DNA of 64,000 nt from Camelus dromedarius (taxonomy: Eukaryota), in the NCBI RefSeq assembly GCF_036321535.1, contig NC_087436.1, positions 34,722,001 through 34,786,000 of the forward strand. The letters are read 5' to 3'. How positions within the stretch are numbered: the first letter of the stretch is position 1; each line of letters begins with the position of its first letter. This document shows positions 14,144-27,132 of this stretch, in pieces. The translations under genes and the position numbers were made by a program. Below the pieces are notes generated by a model. That model saw only the letters and a list, made by a program, of their open reading frames with translations, had not been told where the DNA came from and did no database searches.

Positions 14144-14642
14144 CAAGGCATGCCTCATTTTTATTGTGCTTTATTGAACTTCGCAGATATTGCATTTTTT
14201 CACAGATTGAAAGTATGTGGCCGCCATCAAGTAAGCCTATTGGCACCGTTTTTCCAGCAGCATTTGCTCACTTTGTGTTTCATGTCACATTTTGGTCATT
14301 CTCACATTACTTCAAGCTTTTCACTATTATTTGTTATGGTGATCTGTGATCAGCGATCTTCAATATTACTACTGCAAAAAGGTTAAAACTCATTGAAGAT
14401 TCAGATGATGGTCAGCAATTTTTAGCAATAAAGTACTTTTTAAGTAAGGTTTATTCATTGTTTTCTTAGGCATAATATTATTGCATGCTTAGTAGACAGC
14501 AGCTAGTGTAAACATAACTTTTTTTAAAACATACCTTTAAATTCACTGGGAAACCAAAGAATTCAGGTACTTGCTTTATTGTAATATTCACTATTTTGCG
14601 GCATTCTGGAACTGAACCCACAGTATCTCTGAGGTGTACTTG
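14144..14642 (+). mobile_element. Tigger1 internal-deletion derivative
   Basis: 5' end ggcatgcctcatttttattgtgctttattgaacttcgcagatattgc and 3' end gaactgaacccacagtatctctgaggtgtacttg match Tigger1 termini; ~500 bp. Confidence 0.88.
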
Positions 14643-15789
14643 TAAATAGAGATCCTGTAATTACAGTTGTTACTGTGTTAAATAAAAGTCCAAATTGTTT
14701 ACCTTATTTAATCACTTTACATGTTGAGAATGTTGAGAATAAAAAATATGCATATTAACTTCTAGAATAATTTGACTTATCTAGATTAGTTTCTCCCTAT
14801 GTCTCTGTTTTATCAGATTTTTCATGATGAGCTCCTGGTAGACTGTAATAGCAGATTATGATCCTTAAATTTCAAAGTAAAAAGTTTATCTGAATGTAGA
14901 ATACATCCTTTTAAGTTTTCACTGCGCTTATTAGATATTTTCAGAATTATACATACATATATTTTTAGGGTTGTACTTAATTCTTAAGTCTTAAGTGATA
15001 CAAGATCTCATTTCCCTGATTTTTTTCTAATTAGACTATTTTCTGTTGAACTATTAATTTTCCACATTTTCTTTCTTATTATTTTTCTATATGTCATTTC
15101 ATCTTTTTATAGTTTCACCTTATTTTGCCATTAGAGTTGAGTTAACTTAGATAGAAAGCATAATGATGTATTTTATTATTTAAGAGCCTCCATTTTTGTC
15201 TGAAATGTTGCCAAATGACTCCTTTTCATACTAAAAACAAGCATGGTAATGGATAGCTTTTAAAGACAGACTTAGGAACATCTATGAATGAGAGTAAAAC
15301 ATAGTCACAAAAGTTAATTATAACCTATTATAACCTATCCTTTATTTTAAAATTGGATACAGAATTATAAAATGTACCTTTAACAGTGATTTTCTTTGGT
15401 TATCTTAGAGCTAAAGGAGTAATTGTAATGTTTCTAGAAAATTTATTCTATAAAAGCTTTCTTCTGCCCAGTTGACATAAAACAACTTATTTTGGATTCC
15501 ATATGTAAGGAGGGCTTGTAGTCTCCCAGGTGACCATTTTCTTTCCTACTTACCCATTGTACTTATGGTACACAATATGAAACAAAGAATATCAAATAGA
15601 TTTCCTAAATATTTTAATTAAAAATGGCATCCAGGGAGAAAAATATGTTAAAATGAATTACAAGTTTTCTACGCAAACTTCTAACACTATAACATGAAGT
15701 AACAGCTTCTAAAGAGAGAAGGAAAATGACCAATATTCTTTTTAGCGGATTGCTAGTTTTTCCCAAAGTTTATTGCCCCCTATTCCCCG

Positions 15790-16165
15790 TAATTACCTAA
15801 TCACAGGCAAAATATTTTCAAGTCTCTTTTGAAGGTGTGGCCATGTGACTAAGTCCTTGACAATGGAATGGGAAAGAAAGTGATATCTACAATCTTCACA
15901 TTGTTTGCTTAAAAAGAACTGACTTCTGTTGGAGGTGCATTTTTGTTCCCCTCTTCTTGCTGAGGGGATGGAGATGCCATGGCCTAGGTGTAGACAGAAG
16001 CAATGCAATGGAACAATCTTGTGATCCGAAATGACCTTGTAGAGCAGAGTTGCTCCAGAAGCCTGAGATGCCAAACTGTTACATCAGAGGAAATAAATGT
16101 CCACTTTTTGTTAATCCATTATTCTTTGGAATCTCTTTACAGCAACTAATACTCTACCTTGCTTT
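15790..16165 (+). mobile_element. Old MaLR LTR (MLT1I/J-like)
   Basis: ggtgtggccatgtgactaagtcc...gaggaaataaatgtcc...ctttacagcaact. Confidence 0.55.
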
Positions 16166-16371
16166 ATAGCACCATAGATTTTAATGATTTATTGGAAAAT
16201 GCTATCTTCTTTAAAATAATTATATTTCTGGTTTTTCCTCTGTTCAAAAGCAGTAATCTATAGTAATTCAAAATTACAGTTGATAATTCATAAACATTCA
16301 AAATATTAATTTTAAGATTATATACAAAGTATTGTAGTTAAATTTTTCATCACAATTTATTATTTTTTAAA

Positions 16372-16441
16372 TTTTTTTATTAAAGTATAGTTGATTTACA
16401 ATGTTGGTTTCAGGTATACAGCAAAACAATTCAGTTATACA

Positions 16442-16472
<31 letters not shown>

Positions 16473-16520
16473 TTCAGATTCTTTTCCATTATAGCTTATT
16501 ATAAGAAGTTGAATATATTC
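16372..16520 (-). mobile_element. 5'-truncated cetartiodactyl L1 3' end with (TA)n
   Basis: tttttattaaagtatagttgatttacaatgtt...tttcaggtatacagcaaa...tttcagattcttttccattatag. Confidence 0.85.
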
Positions 16521-18820
16521 AATTTATTATATGGGATAATATATATTATATATTTATATAATATAATCATTATAAAGCTGCCATCACTGTCATTACAAAA
16601 ATAATTATATTGTGAAAAATACTCTATAGTTGCATGAAAATATGTAGAAAAAACACAAAGACTTAAATAGTCTTCTCTGTAGAGTCATTTTATCTGCTTC
16701 AATTAGTGCCACCTCCCCCTTCCTCAACTCTGCAATATCATTTATAGCTTTCAGTTGGAGTACTGAAGGACCAAAATTATAAATCCTATATAGTTTCATA
16801 TAATCTAAGTAAAAAATTCTAGAGAATGATTTACTTCTCAATGATTAACTCTCTTTCTCTCCATACAGTTATCTGCCTTTGTTTTCAGTGTAATTTTTTT
16901 AGCTTCTTCTGGGTTAAAAGACTCTTTCCTGGATAGACAGCATTTTTCAGAACTCTGACCACAAGAAATGCATTATGTACAGAACAATTTCCTTGTCCTG
17001 AAGGGGCTAACAGTACACAATACAATGTAACATATAAAAGCTCTACGACAACCCACTTGATTCCTGAAGTTCCTTCTTCAAGAAACAATTCTGATTAGAC
17101 AAAGTTATTTCAAAGTTATACTTCTTCATTCAGTATGATTAAAAATAGTTCCTAACAATTTGGTAGCACAGTCCAGGCAAAGAACTAAAGAAAGTAGAGG
17201 GTAAAAAAAAAAGAAAGAAAGAAAGAAAAGGATTAAAAAACCTGGGTCAGAATTTCCTGAAAATAGGAGGGTTTAAAATGACACTAGCAAAAAAAGGAGA
17301 AAGGTAGGAAATAATTTCTCATAAGGAAAATAGCATGGACTTTAAGAAAAACATTTTCAGAATTGATGGAAAAATAACATGAACCCAGAACATAACTTAG
17401 AACTGGAAAATATATAATGAATTTTAGCAAACACTTTACAAATTTCACAATGTATTTTTGTGCTGAACATCTAAGCTAGTCCAACTTATGTACACATAAA
17501 ATAGATCTTTGAATACGAATTTTTTTTAGGTTTGGATTACATAATCCCAGTCATTAACAAGAAATCATTTTTAAGACTGACAGAAGTAAAAATTTGAGTT
17601 GTATTTATGTGATATATGGACTATCATCAACTTTTACAAAGTGAATGCTAAATCACTCAGAATATTTCAAAGCAGATTTTGTTTTTTTTACATATGGTAT
17701 ATCATTTGCTATAAACAGGCTGATACAGAGAATTTCCCTGATGGTATGTGTGTGAAAATGATTTCAGTGTTATAGCACTCCTAAAATTATCTTGCTAGAA
17801 AGGAAACTCAACACAAGAGACAGGCAAATTAGCAGATGCCTGCATGTTCAGACCAACAAGAAACCTGGCTTTGGACAAGAAGGATTTTAGTTAAATTTTC
17901 AAAATGTAATCATAATTGTTTCTCTATTTCATCCATCTATGTTGACCTACTGTCATCACATATAGCTTCCAGGTTATTCTAAGATTCTTCATTTCTTATC
18001 CTGACTATTGCTTTACTTCCTGACTACTGTCCTCTTCTCCAAAAAAATTTGTTATAATCAGATCATGAGACTTTTGTGATCACTATATAAAATTAAAATC
18101 TGAATATTCTGCATTATAAATCTAAGATAACAAACTTTAAAACCTATTTAAAGTTTTAACTGTAAGATTTTATTATTAAAGTATTTGTTTAAAACTTAAA
18201 TTTTAGGTCAATGTTAAAAAAATTAATACACCTGGACCCCAGGATCTATTAATAAGCATAAGTTTGTCAACAATTCATAAATTCACATTTCAAGGGGTTT
18301 CTTGGGCTACTTCAAAGAACAAGAGTCTTAGAGACGAAAAGACCTGAGTTTCAGTCTTGACTCCAATTACTCATACAGCTTACAAGAACCCATACAACCA
18401 TCTAAGAGCTCAGTGGTAAAATGGAAGTAAATTACCTTTTGTAAATAAAAGAAAAGGCACTCATAAAGCAAACAGAACACTAGGATCATGGACATAACAG
18501 ACACACAATAAATATTAGCTATACTTCTCTTCCATAGAGAAAAACTTGTTTAAATTGTTTACTTTTCAAAATAGACTATTTTGGTGTCCTATCACACAAA
18601 TAACAAGTTGGAAATCAACAGGTTTAGTTTTCTTTAACTACTTTTATTTATCCATAAACAGGTAATAAAACTCAACACACACACAAACACCTGTTCAATC
18701 TACCTAAAGTTATCACATTAGGACATTAATCAAATATAGGTTTCCCCAGCTATTCGAAAGTAGAGTGTTCCCATGAAAACTTTAGTAAGCCGAAATAACA
18801 TAGAGCAAAGGAGCCATTAC

Positions 18821-18918
18821 CTTAGGACACGTCTTGCTAAAGGATGCACGAAATAAATCAAGATAAAGTACAAATGCTCACAGACACAGTTCAAAGTATG
18901 GCGGCAAGATGCTGACAT
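18821..18918 (-). CDS. Candidate alternative first coding exon of an unidentified large gene (MSASCRHTLNCVCEHLYFILIYFVHPLARRVL + AG, phase 2)
   Basis: ATG at 18918 (G at -3), 32 open codons to donor AAG|GTAATG (GT at 18820-18819); start lies in a unique CpG-retaining patch; could instead be a non-coding 5'UTR exon. Confidence 0.5.
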
Positions 18919-19040
18919 GCCGAGTGTCGTTCCTGGAGAAGGAGCGTGGCGGGGCCATCCTCACCGCTGCTGGGGGTGTGCGCTCCCTCTATGCTGGCTC
19001 GCTGCAAAACAAACACCGAGCCCTTCCACTTTTCGCCTTT
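18900..19040 (-). promoter_or_regulatory. CpG/GC-rich patch, probable promoter or 5'UTR
   Basis: About 10 CpGs in ~140 bp in a CpG-depleted AT-rich window; GC-box-like GTGGCGGGGC at 18946-18955; not recognisably a repeat. Confidence 0.55.
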
Positions 19041-22000
19041 TTTCAAAAAAGCAAAAATCCTCTTTGAATTTCTTTTGGTTAGCAAAACAGTTAACTAATA
19101 CAGGTCTTTTGTGAAAACAAAATGATGTAAAGTGAACTTTCAAAAAGCAGGGGATACCTATATTCCAATGACATTGACATTTGCGAATAACTTTGAGAAT
19201 TCTCATTTGGAATTTACTTCACAGTATTTTTTGAAATTTTCCAATGGTGTTAAATATTCACATTTATGAGTGGATTTTTTTTAAACAAGAAATAGCCAGA
19301 AGTCATTTAGATGAAAGAATTTGATGAAAAAAGTCATACTAATTTTGTTAAATATAAGGTATCTAAAGTAATAAAGTTGAGCTATATGGACAATAAATTC
19401 ACTTCACTTACTAACTATATTGATAACTATTTTTTTAAATCATATGAGATGTAATTGCTTTTATAAAAGGACTGATCTAATGATGTGAAATTTATTTCAT
19501 GAATCATATATTTACCTTAGAAACAAATGGGGATATATTATTTATGTGCTAATTGGAGGGATGTAGACGATCTGAGTGGCCCTTCAGTCTCTGAACACCC
19601 CGTAATTTTGGTGTATGCTTATGCGGTAACTATGGCTGTAGCCAAGTGAAAACAGACGATAGAGGAGGTAAAACACAGTCGTTGGGACCACGTTGGGGAA
19701 ACGTCTCCTTGTCAATGTAAGAGGGATTATTTGCAGTCAGTTTCAGCAAGTATTTATGGAGCATCTGCTCAGTGTTCAGAACTGTGCTATTTGGCAATAT
19801 TTCTTTTTCTAAACTTGGATATTCCAGTTAAAAATCTTTAACTGTCAAGGAGAAATATTTAGTCTTTGCTTGGGAGTATCGAGATGTTGCCAAATTGCTT
19901 CAAATGGTATTTGAACTTTAGGACAGTTTTATTTCTACTAAGTTTGAGTAAACTTCTACTTTAAAAACCAGCCAATTATTGATTTTTAAAAGCTCTTTCT
20001 ACACTACTCGTAAGTCATGAAATTATAGCAAATAAGTCATAAACATTTCTATAACTTGATATGTAACATGTTCAATGGGATAGTTTTAAAAACATTCAAT
20101 TAAAAACTTTTCAGATAGTAATAGGAGAGACTTTCTCTTTCTAGTGTATATCCCATGCCTTGAATAATATCTGGTACATAAATAAAGGCATTTAATAAAT
20201 ATTCCTTGAACCGACCTCAACTTACTATCAATTCAGAATGAGTTTGAAGTAAATGATAATTCTAGGAAAACCAAATGCTGTATTCACAATTAATATTTTA
20301 AGTGGGGGGATAAGAGAAACATTGCTAGCCAGGATACTGTGTGTATGATGGAAAAGGTCATGTGTATACACAAAAAAGAGAGGTTTTATTTCTCATTTGC
20401 TATAGGAATCGTTCAAGAAAAGCCTTTCCGCTTCCTCAGATTGTGCCTTTACAAAATAGTTATTATATTCATAGGGTTTGGGGAATTGTAGTTTTTTTGG
20501 ATATAGCTTGGTTTGCTTTTTATGAAACATTTCTCCAAGTTGTGCTTTTTAGAGAGCAAAAAAAAAAAAAAAATCACACAGGCATTGTTTTGAGAAAATC
20601 CACTGAAAATCTGAACAGACCTATGTAACTCTATTGATATATTCAATAATTTTCAGCAAGGAAATCAATTTCAAATTTTATGTTATACAATCTTGAATAT
20701 AGAATAAGGTGCAACACCCAGGGTGAGAAAAGGAGATTATCACACTGGCCAGCAAATCAGTAAATTTAGTAAGGGACAGTAAGTTCAACGGGCACTCAAA
20801 AGATGACTAAGTAATGAATGTAGTGAGAAGACTGACACACAGTTGGCCACCGTTTGTCCTCTCTTATCAGAGGGGAAAGGACTACCTTTAACCATGTGCC
20901 GCAGCTTGATTTACATAGAGATTAAATTCATGAAATCATATTTGCTTTAGGGAATTTAATCCCAGGAGGCATGAGAAACCTTCTATGTCCTTGCATCCGA
21001 ATGAAGGGTAAACTTGTTATTTTTGTGCCATCTAATGGAAAATGAGACTCAAGTGCAAACGACCAACAAATAATATTTCTGCTTTTAAAAAGATACATTA
21101 AGAAGCATCATCCTGCTATTTCCTACACAGGACCATTCCACGTTTGGGTTACAACACAGCTTAATATAGCTTGACCTGAATTTAGAAAGGGGTGGTGATC
21201 ACTGTGAAACTAAACTCTTGTGTTTGCTGTATTGATTCCTTCTAAGATTCAATCTTTTTGAAAAGCACTTGTGAGTAGTGAATCCCATTTTTTTTTCCTA
21301 CTGCAATATATATGACACACGTATATTCACAATGAGAAAATGCAATCCAGTGAGCATTCCAAGCTTTTAATAGAACACCCAAAATACTTTGGCCAGTAAT
21401 ATAATAATTAGTTATCACACGGTAAGCAACTGTCAATACGACTGATATATTAACAGCTGTAGCATAAATAGGACAAGCTGCGGGTGGCACTATGTTCTGT
21501 CTGTTTCTGTTGCTAGTCCTTTCACTCTCAAGAAAGTCAGAGTGACATTATTTTGTGGGAAAGCTTTAAGTTGTTTTTGAATAGTATCTGTCAGTATTTT
21601 AATTTCTATTAATAACATTATTTGTGACACCCGTCACAGAAGAGACAAACACACAAGAACAGTCTGCTGTAATGCAAAAGTTGAAAGCCAATGCATTTCA
21701 GTCAGAAATATTTTCCATTAGATAGACGTCATTACAACAAATTACATACAGCTTGGAGAAAAGTGTCATTATGTGTGTGAATATTAGATGGTCCATGCTT
21801 TGCTTAAAACAATTTTGATCATTGCACTATAGGACACTGGTCAAATTTTCTATCAGGAAGAAAATTCTACACAATATTAGTCCATATTGGTCTAAATTAG
21901 CCCAAATTTGCTTTTTAAATTATTTTAAACATAAAGAAGAAGCTGATTTAACACATTTGGCCTTGTGTTATCAAATACCATTTCTAATACTGAGATTTCC

Positions 22001-22065
22001 AATTGCATAACTTCGGTTAATGTAGGGTCTAGATTGGTTAACTTTGGATGGTCGAGTTATGTCTG

Positions 22066-22152
22066 ACTTTTTTGTTTATCATTAGATTTATTTATTTATT
22101 TTTTTAATGAAGGTACTAGGGACTGAACCCAGGACCTCAAGCATGCTAGGCA
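22066..22152 (-). mobile_element. 5'-truncated Vic-1-type SINE
   Basis: attagatttatttatttattttttt...gaaggtactagggactgaacccaggacctcaagcatgctaggca. Confidence 0.8.
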
Positions 22153-22249
22153 ATGTATGGCTTCTATTCTATCTGTCATACTTTTCTAGACTTTTTGAGT
22201 TTTCTACAAAAATATTAAGTATTTATTGCATATAATATATTAAAATAGA

Positions 22250-22405
22250 TTCATCTATATGCATACACCTACATATGCACATATGTGCACACATATTTAT
22301 ACATATACATAAACACAGAAATGTCTGTATATATGTAGGTATATGCATATATGTACATAAACAAATTATATATTTATAAATAAATACATATGTATGTATA
22401 TAACT
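22250..22405. repeat. Degenerate (TA/CA)n low-complexity tract
   Basis: Alternating purine-pyrimidine atac/atat runs. Confidence 0.8.
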
Positions 22406-25400
22406 TATAATCCGATGAAACACTAAACAAGAGCATTTTTTAAATATTGAAGATAAATAATATAGGTTGAATGCTGATAACTATTCTTACATTTATTCAA
22501 GTGGAACAAGCATATTTTATTCCCCTCGGAGATTGAGGCTACTGATGTTGGTGAAACAATTGAATACAATGAATTAGCAAAGGCTAAAGACCAAGAAAAG
22601 TTGAATAGCAATCATAGCTTCTATATCTAGCTTGAATGAGTGCAATTTATTTGTTTTTTAAGAAGTTGTAATACTGAGGTTAGGAGCAATGTATGATACC
22701 TTGGATATAATAGGAATTCAGGAAATAAACAATTGATAAGTATTTTAGTTTTCATACGATTGCTTAAAAATTGGGAAGCATGAGTTCTGAAATCAAGAGA
22801 AGTACATAGAAAATGATCGTGACCAAATAACTTTCTAGTCTTGGAAAGTATTCCTGCAGTGTAACTTGTTAAGAACCATGCTCTTTTCTGCTTGATAGAC
22901 TGCACACAGTCCAACCATACTTGCTTGAGTAAACTTTTTATCTAAAGGCTTACAGCATTATAATTAGACTAAGGCACACTGCATTCTCCACCATTGTGCT
23001 TCATAGGTAATGCTGATTCCAGTTGGCATTCACTAAGCAGGGAGAAAATTGTGGCAATTACTGAAAATTATTGGGTTTTAAGCACAGTGTATTCAGCTCC
23101 CTCTTCTCACCCTCCCCAACCACATGCAAATTCTTTTTATTAGGAAAATAACAAATTATGCTGCTTCAGCACCAAGGAAGCTAGATTTTAGAAAATAATG
23201 ATTTATATATATTTTTATTGCTGTTTGTCCCCAGCAAAGAATACACATGCATTTGGGTTTCTTCCCAATCTGAATCATAGTTTTCACTCTTTTTCAATTT
23301 CCTTCTGCTTAACATACTCCATATCTGACTATCCTTACAGTATTATAACTCAAATCCTACCTCCCTCAAGAAGTATTTTCTAGTTTCCCTAAAATAACTT
23401 CATATTTCTCTCTGTCTCATTTTCACAGTATTTTTTATGGCTCCATCAAGCCCTTTCAGTCTACCTGTATTAACACAGATATGTGTATGTACGTATCCTT
23501 CCTGTAGTGTGAGCACTTGGTGGAACTGAGGCATGTTCATCTGTCTCCAACAACACCCACCCCAGCAACCTACACATGATTGAAATTCACTGAAAAGACA
23601 AAGATGCCTTAAGCTTAATGACTCTTAAACAAAAATACCTTCCTCTCCTCATTAACTCCACAAAAAAGTCTTTTTTGTTGTTTATTTGCTCTGTTTTGTT
23701 TTGTTTGAGTCAGACACAAAGATATAGGGAGAGATGAGTAAAAATGTTAAGCTGAAAGAATATTAAACTATCACACAATTGTAAATAAACTTTTATCTTT
23801 TTTTTCATATTTTTGAAGGCAAATTATCCTTTGAAATGACTTGGTAAGTCATTCCCAAAAAATAACAATTCTAAGTGAATTCTGTCTACTGAATATGACT
23901 AATCATAATCATATGCTATTTGAAACATAATACAACATATTTATAATAATAAATGAAATAATCTAATGAAATTAGATTTTTAAAATCTTAAATAAATTAA
24001 AAGCAGAAAAATAAGCTTGTGTTGCAGCAGATTTAAAGTTTTTTTATAAGCAAATGTCATGTTTATAATAAAGATTATTAATTCCAGAGAACATGTTTTC
24101 CAATTTATGTTACTGTGAAATGAATGATTATATACATTAGTCTACTGAAAATTCATCAAAGATTTTTATTGCCAATATTGAGCTCTCATCCAGTATAATA
24201 ATTTACAAAACTCAATTTTTAGAGAATCTCTCAGCTGCTCTCTTGAAGTAGACGTAAAGGAAATCTAAAATTTCAAAGTGAGCCTTTGAAATTGAGTGAC
24301 CTAAGTAAGCAGAAAACATTAAAGGACCTTATTTGTAAAACCAAGACTTGAACTTGTGTCTAAAAAGGTTTCTCGCTAAATTACTTACTAATGACTCCAT
24401 AATTACACATCACATTAGTAAGACAATTGCCAGCTTTGTCCTGGGCCTATATGGGCTCAGAAATATTATGAAATATGCTAAACATGTGTGACTCTAATAA
24501 TTTGAATATTCAAATTAGGTGTCTACCATGTGGCAGGCCTTGTGCTTAGCATGGGCTTGAGTCACAAAGACAAAAAAGCTTTGAATCTTGTCCCAGGGGA
24601 CATTACAATGTTAGCTAATAACATATAAGTTGATATTTCATAACTAAAATTATGTCTACTAAATTTATCAGTTTACCATAGTGGATATTCTAAGAACTGC
24701 AGATTCTCAGTCAATGTAATCTCATAAATAATATCTTCTCCAAATAGGAACAATGAGCAAAGGGGAAAAGATAGCAACTAATTTTGTATTAGTTGCATTT
24801 ACTAAAAGGGAGATGGCAGTAAAGGTAGACTTTAATCTATTTACTTAATGTAAGTTGAAATCTGAATCTTTACAATAAAAAAATCTCAGGCAAAATTATG
24901 GATCATAACATACATTATATTGTAATGTTTCCAGAAGATTCTATTTCCTAATTAGATTGAACACTTTCTGAATCTTATTGCTTTCACATGAAAAGAGCTT
25001 GTTGAGGATGAATGTGCCATTTGGCAAATATGCATATTCCTAGATCACTGTAAAATATTACTGATCCTAATTAGGTTTAAATATAAACATGGACTCATGG
25101 ACCTGAAGTCAATTAATTTAATTTCCACTAAGTTGAAGGGAGTTATTCACTAGATGATTTGAAAGTAGTTTATTAATTTTTTGTCATGCCAGATTGAGTT
25201 GTTTATTTCCTTATCTGAAAAACACATGAATCCTAAAGCCAAGTATTTCCTAGAAAAATTAGGATGGGAAAAAGTAGAAGACACTGTCAGGTATAGGTTG
25301 TAAAATTACTGCTTAGAGAAATGTAAGCCTCATTTTTGACAAATTAATACTACGTAGAGCATGACAACTAGAGCATGACAAATTAATACTATGTAGCATA

Positions 25401-26962
25401 CAATAATCTGCAGTAGACTTTGCTAAAAAAGCATAGTAGATGTAAAATACTAGTTAAAAATGGAATTTTAAACAAATTATTTTTTCTAAAATTTAAAAAT
25501 CTCAGTTTGGGTAGGTATGTACGCACAAATACTACATCCATCTTCATAACTTAATATAAACCAAATAGGAACTTTATATTATTATGAATACTTCCTGATT
25601 ATACAGAATTTACTATAAAATGGCTGTTCTACATCAAATGGTTTTAAAACACACAAACCACGAACATTAACATTCAATGGCTCATTCTGCATTTGCATAT
25701 CCCTTTAGTTTTAACAAGGCAGTTTACATGATGTTCTAATATTGTTCTTTTCCTGTGAGACAGCAAGGAAGCTGCAATGTGGAAGAAGGAAGAAGGAAAT
25801 GGTGTCGGTTACAGTGCCATCCTTCTGCTTGATAACTGGATATTTTCCAGTCCTGTAAGTATAGCCAATGATCTTTGCTAACTTCCTGTCTCATCCTGAT
25901 ATTTATTACTCTGCTTTACAAGGGACTCAGCAGCACAGATATCAGTTAGGGTATTCATTTTAACTCAGCAACATTAGGGGTCAGAAAGCCCCTTGGGATC
26001 TCCAGAGTAACAGATTTCAAAACAGCTGTCCAGTTGGCGAACATTTTGGTTTGCCTACAACAACAAAGCTGGGGGTATTAGACCTTGGTATTAGTCTGAT
26101 TCTGTCAAAGATTTGGGATGTGAATTCAGAATTGAGTTTTGGGTTCCAAATTATTCACTTCTAAATGCCCAGTCTATAGATTATTGCATTTTTATTGCTA
26201 TTTCTATAATTGTGCCTAAGTATACATTTTAAACAAAAATAAGGATTTTTTTTACCTTGTAGAAAGCATGGCTTTCTTTTGAATAACCCTCAGGAAGTAC
26301 GGGCCATCAGGCCATCAACATGGGCTTTTCTGTTTTTGCATTGGGATAAGTCTTTGTCCATTATATTTAAATTATTCATTTAAATGCTGCTGCAGAGCAG
26401 AGAACTTGTGTGTCAGCTAGTTAATGAAATCCCACCATTCCATAGCATTTTCCACCTCTATGTCTTAGTCTTAGCCTTTCTCTTTGCCTAGAATTGTCAC
26501 TGTACTCCCAGAGTTACCACTGAAGTCCCACCCCTTCTCTTAAGGTGCCATGAAAGTTCAGATTATCATTGATCCAGTGCACCTTCTGAATTGTCACAGT
26601 GAGATGCATTCCTTCTCTTCTGTACACATAGTTTAAACTACTCAAGAGGTAGAAACCACCTTTCCTCAGAGTCATTTTACTACTTCTCTAGATTATAAAT
26701 TCCATCAATGCTTGAATTGTGCCTGATACAACTTGGGATCTGCAATATGTAGCAGCATGTCTGGTATAAAATATGTGCTCAATGAATATATAAAAATAAA
26801 ACATTATTTGAAATTTTGCTTTAAAAATAAATCACAACAATTTAAAAAATGAATTTCACGCTAGTAGGGTTTTTGTTTTCTTTGATGCTAGGTAATGAAC
26901 ATACATGCAGATTATAATAGTAACAATCAATACTAAGCATATTTCCTGCAAATCTCAACTGA

Positions 26963-27132
26963 GGGTATTTGAATTTTCTGAGGAAAAAATGGTAATGTGG
27001 AGAATAAGTCAATAAGCTATTTAATATCCATTACTAAGACATGATATGGGTATTTGAATCTTCTGAGGAAAAAATGGTAATGTGGAGAATAAGTCAATAA
27101 GCTATTTAATATCCATTACTAAGACATGATAT
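26963..27132. repeat. 85-bp tandem duplication (2 copies, 1 mismatch)
   Basis: gggtatttgaat(t/c)ttctgaggaaaaaatgg...ctaagacatgatat at 26963-27047 and 27048-27132. Confidence 0.97.

Noticed and set aside
14006..14386. 126-aa ORF
   Set aside because: Non-ATG start and runs through the Tigger1 terminus; spurious
26963..27132. Possible CRISPR-like repeat
   Set aside because: Two abutting copies with no spacer in eukaryotic DNA
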